Assembly (NCBI RefSeq): GCF_006345805.1
Contig: NC_043025.1
Location: 9,672,001 to 9,736,000 of the forward strand
DNA: 64,000 nt
Direction of reading: 5' to 3'
DNA from: Octopus sinensis
Taxonomy: Eukaryota
Of the stretch, positions 60,566 through 64,000 are shown piece after piece. The notes below the pieces were generated by a model. That model was not told the origin of the DNA and made no database searches. It was given only the letters and a program-made list of their open reading frames with translations. The translations under genes were made by a program, and so were the position numbers. The first letter of the stretch is position 1; every line of letters begins with the position of its first letter.

Positions 60566-60950
60566 AGCGCAGGAGTGGCTGTGTGGTAAGTAGCTTGCTA
60601 ACCAACCACATGGTTCTGGGTTCAGTCCCACTGCGGGGCACCTTGGGCAAGTGTCTTCTACTATAGCCCCGGGCCGACCAATGCCTTGTGAGTGGATTTG
60701 GTAGACGGAAACTGAAAGAAGCCCGTCGTATATATGTATATATATATGTATGTGTTGTGTGTGTTTGTCCCCCTAGCATTGCTTGACAACCGATGCTGGT
60801 GTGTTTATGTCCCCGTTACTTAGCGGTTCGGCAAAAGAGACCGATAGAATAAGTACTGGGCTTACAAAAGAATAAGTCCCGGGTCGATTTGCTCGATTAA
60901 AGGCGGTGCTCCAGCATGGCCGCAGTCAAAACGACTGAAACAAGAAAGAT
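60566..60950 (+). mobile_element. SINE family A
   Basis: Full length. Confidence 0.9.
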
Positions 60951-61204
60951 GAAAGATGATGTGCGTGCATGTATGTATGTGTGTATGTGTGTGTATTTAT
61001 GTGCTTGCCTGTGTGTGTTTGTGTGTGTGAGCGTGTGTTTGTATATGTGTGCACCTCTGTCTCCTTGTGTGTGTGTTATGCAACTATGGACCATGTTTGT
61101 ATGTATGGATGTGCATCTTTATATGTGTGGATCCGTGTCTCCATAAGTGTCTGTTCTCGTAACCTATGTACCTATCCGTCTGTGTGTTGATCTGTTTATA
61201 TGTA

Positions 61205-61772
61205 CACTACCGTCAGAAATTAATTAGCACCCTTGATTTGCTCACCATGAAGCATGGTGGGGGTGGTCTGATGGTGTGAGGGGCGTTCAGCTACAGTGGT
61301 GTTGGGCGGCTCTATGCCGTCGAAGGCAACATCAACGCAGCAAAGTACGTTGAGATAGTACGGGATACCGCTTTGGTGGCGAGGAGTACGTGCTGGCCAG
61401 TCACCTGACCTGAACCCTATTGAGAACCTCTGGAGTCGATTGGGTAGGGATTTGAATGTGCAGCAATACAGGAACCGACACGAGCTGTTGGGGCACTTCT
61501 TGCTGCATGAGGGCCATCCCTGCACAGTACCTGCAGGCACTCATAGACAGCATGCCGACCCACCCGCGTAGCAGCGTCATTGCTGCCAAAGGAGGGCAAC
61601 AAAGATATTGACTAAATTTCACGATTAATAACAATTATGTGGTGTGCTGGGATATGTTTTAATAAATTTTTGATTAAAAACGAGTTCGTTTCTGATAATA
61701 AGTTAATTAAATTAAGAAAATGTAAGAAAATGCAGAAATTTGAGAAGTGCTAATTAATTTCCGATGCAAGTG
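61205..61772 (+). mobile_element. Internally deleted Tc1 element
   Basis: TA TSD; TIR CAC....(G/A)TC(A/G)GAAATTAATTAGCAC; KHGGGGLMV, SPDLNPIENLW and IDSMP...AAKGG remnants. Confidence 0.9.
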
Positions 61773-61999
61773 TATATAGTGTCCTTTCTTTAAGAGAGTA
61801 GGATATGAATTGAAGATCTGACTGCAATTTCTAGCAAGCAGAATGACCACATAAAAGCCCTATCATTGGTTCATCCATCCAAGCCATAAGAATGATGTAA
61901 TTACAAAATGTTGATTAACTCCAAAATGGCTGCTGATTTTTCACAGCGAAGAAGCCATGTAGCTGTTCCCTTGTGAAAGAGTATGCATCTGGCTATTAA

Positions 62000-62220
62000 C
62001 CCTTTTGTTACTAACCCGGCCAAAACCGGCTCTGGCTCTGTGGTAAAATGTCTTGTTTTCATAGGTTTCGAATTAATATCTTCCACCAAACCTTAGTCAC
62101 AATTTACGTTCCTAACACTAGCTTAATGATAACTAAGTTATTTTACTAAATTCTTTTGTTATATTTAAAGTAATTGAAAGAAACACAGAGCATCTCAAAA
62201 TAAATACAGTAACGAAAGGG
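62000..62220 (-). mobile_element. P1 MITE monomer
   Basis: TTAA at 61996-61999 and 62221-62224. Confidence 0.88.
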
Positions 62221-62289
62221 TTAATGAGGCTGAGCAGTGTTTAAAAGAATTTATGATTGAAACTTTTTAAAATGGTATTATATGTTACA

Positions 62290-62957
62290 AAACAAATCAA
62301 AATAGATGAACATCAATGGAATTTGTATCTTTGTGGTACCAGTGCCGGTGGCACACAAGAAAACCATCCGAACGTGGCCGTAGCCAGTACCGCATCGACT
62401 GGCCTCCGTGCTGTGGGCACGTAACAAACACCATCCGATCGTGGCCGTTCGCCAGCCTCATCTGGCACCTGTGTCAGTGGCACATAAAAACAACCATCCG
62501 AGCGTGGCCGTCTGCCAGCCTCGTCTGGCACCTGTGTCGGTGGCACATAAAAAAAAAAACCATCCGAGCGTGGCGTTCGCCAGCCTCGTCTGGCACCTGT
62601 GTCGGTGGCACATAAAAACCACCATCCGAGCGTGGCCGTCTGCCAGCCTCGTCTGGCACCTGTGTCGGTGGCACATAAAAACACCATCCGAGCGTGGCCG
62701 TCTGGCACCTGTGTCGGTGGCACATAAAAAACACCATCCGAGCGTGGCCGTTCGCCAGCCTCGTCTGGCACCTGTGTCGGTGGCACATAAAATCACCCAC
62801 TACACTCTCGGAGTGGTTGGCGTTAGGAAGGGCATCCAGCTGTAGAAACACTGCCAGATCTGACTGGCCTGGTGCAGCCTTCGGGCTCCCCAGACCCCAG
62901 TTGAACCGTCCAACCCATGCTAGCATGGAAAACAGACGCTAAATGATGATGATGATG
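62290..62957 (+). mobile_element. RTE 3'-UTR-derived copy with extra internal repeats
   Basis: Same 5' boundary and (GAT)n tail. Confidence 0.88.
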
Positions 62958-62962
62958 TGATG

Positions 62963-63160
62963 AGCTGGCAGAATTGTTAGCATGCCAGGCGAAATGCTGA
63001 GTGACATTTCATCTGTCTTTACACCCTAACTTCAAATTCCGATGAGGTCGACTTTGCCCTTCATCCTTTAGGGGCTGATAAAAATAAGTACCAGTTGAGT
63101 AATCAATGAGGACTTATCCTCACCATTGAATTCGTTGGCCTTGTGCCAAAATTTGAAACC
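62963..63160 (+). mobile_element. SINE family C, diverged
   Basis: GAGCTGGCAGAA head and GAGGTCGACTTTGCC core. Confidence 0.7.
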
Positions 63161-63424
63161 AAAATTGAATTACAGTTTCTTGAGTATTTCTGCTTCCTAG
63201 GTACTAGGTGAAATATGGCAGGACAACGTCTAAAGGAATATCCACTAATTCCAGGGGCACACAAATTAAAACTAAGAAGCTTGATGTTGCTTAACCTCAG
63301 GTCAGCTCTAAACAAGCAGACCTATAATGAAAGTGTATTAGCTATAATTGTTCCATCTGTTTTTAGACAAGGCATTCTAGGACTTCCTTTTCCAGTGCGT
63401 CCTTCCATTTATAGTTTGAAGCAA

Positions 63425-64000
63425 ATCATTATCATTTAGCGTCTGCTTTCCATGCTGGCATGGGTTGGACGGTTCAACTGGGGTCTGGGAAACCAGAAGG
63501 CTGCACCAGGCCCAGTTTGATCTGGCAATGTTTCTACGGCTGGATGCCCTTCCTAACGCCAACCACTCCGAGAGTGTAGTGGGTGATTTTATGTGCCACC
63601 GACACAGGTGCCAGACGAGGCTGGCGAACGGCCACGATTGGATGGTGCTTTTTACGTGCCACCGGCACAGGTGCCAGACGAGGCTGGCAAAGGGCCAGAA
63701 TCGGATGGTGCTTTTTACGTGCCACCGGCACGGGGGCCAGGCGATGCTGGCAAACGGCTACGATCGGATGGTGCTTTTTACATGCCACCAGCACGGGGGC
63801 CAGGCGAGGCTGGCAAATGGCCAGAATCGGATGGTGCTTTTTACGTGCCACCGGCACGGGGGCCAGGCGAGGCTGGCAAATGGCCAGAATCGGATGGTGC
63901 TTTTTACGTGCCACCGGCACGGGGCCCAGGCGAGGCTGGCAAACGGTCACGATCAGATGGTGCTTTTTACGTGCCACTGGTACGGAGGCCCATTGGGGGC
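63425..64000 (-). mobile_element. RTE-tail element with ~60-bp internal tandem repeats (runs off the window)
   Basis: Terminal motif plus repeated GATGGTGCTTTTTACGTGCCACC units. Confidence 0.85.

Noticed and set aside
63213-63300. Plus-strand candidate exon MAGQRLKEYPLIPG... with an acceptor and CAG|GTCAGC
   Set aside because: Isolated, no recognisable homology; needs RNA evidence

Overview
AT-rich, extremely repeat-dense eukaryotic DNA, most likely an octopus or other cephalopod genome (inferred from the repeat complement, not proven). One host gene is recognisable: a CLC-family Cl-/H+ exchanger most similar to CLCN7, on the minus strand. It has six supported coding exons (31796-31954, 23311-23373, 16625-16760, 11365-11474, 8083-8226, 3645-3728) that splice in frame through the GSGIP and GK|EGP motifs; the gene continues left beyond base 1. 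The rest is microsatellite and mobile DNA: three tRNA-derived SINE families (labelled here A, B, C), RTE, CR1-like, Tx1/L1-like, R4-like and Penelope-like retroelement fragments, Helitron tandem arrays, TTAA (piggyBac-type) MITE concatemers, mariner, Tc1, pogo-like and hAT-like relics, and one 100-N gap. The most unusual observations are several hammerhead-ribozyme motifs (one inside a TIR-bounded 250-bp element, one in a circularly permuted structured repeat), a Tx1 LINE embedded in a (TATC)n tract whose 3' end is shared with SINE family C, and two Helitron arrays placed 58 and 59 nt from the acceptors of consecutive CLC exons. Almost all ORFs in the supplied track are artefacts of repeats. 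Boundaries of repeat copies were read by eye and are approximate unless termini are quoted.
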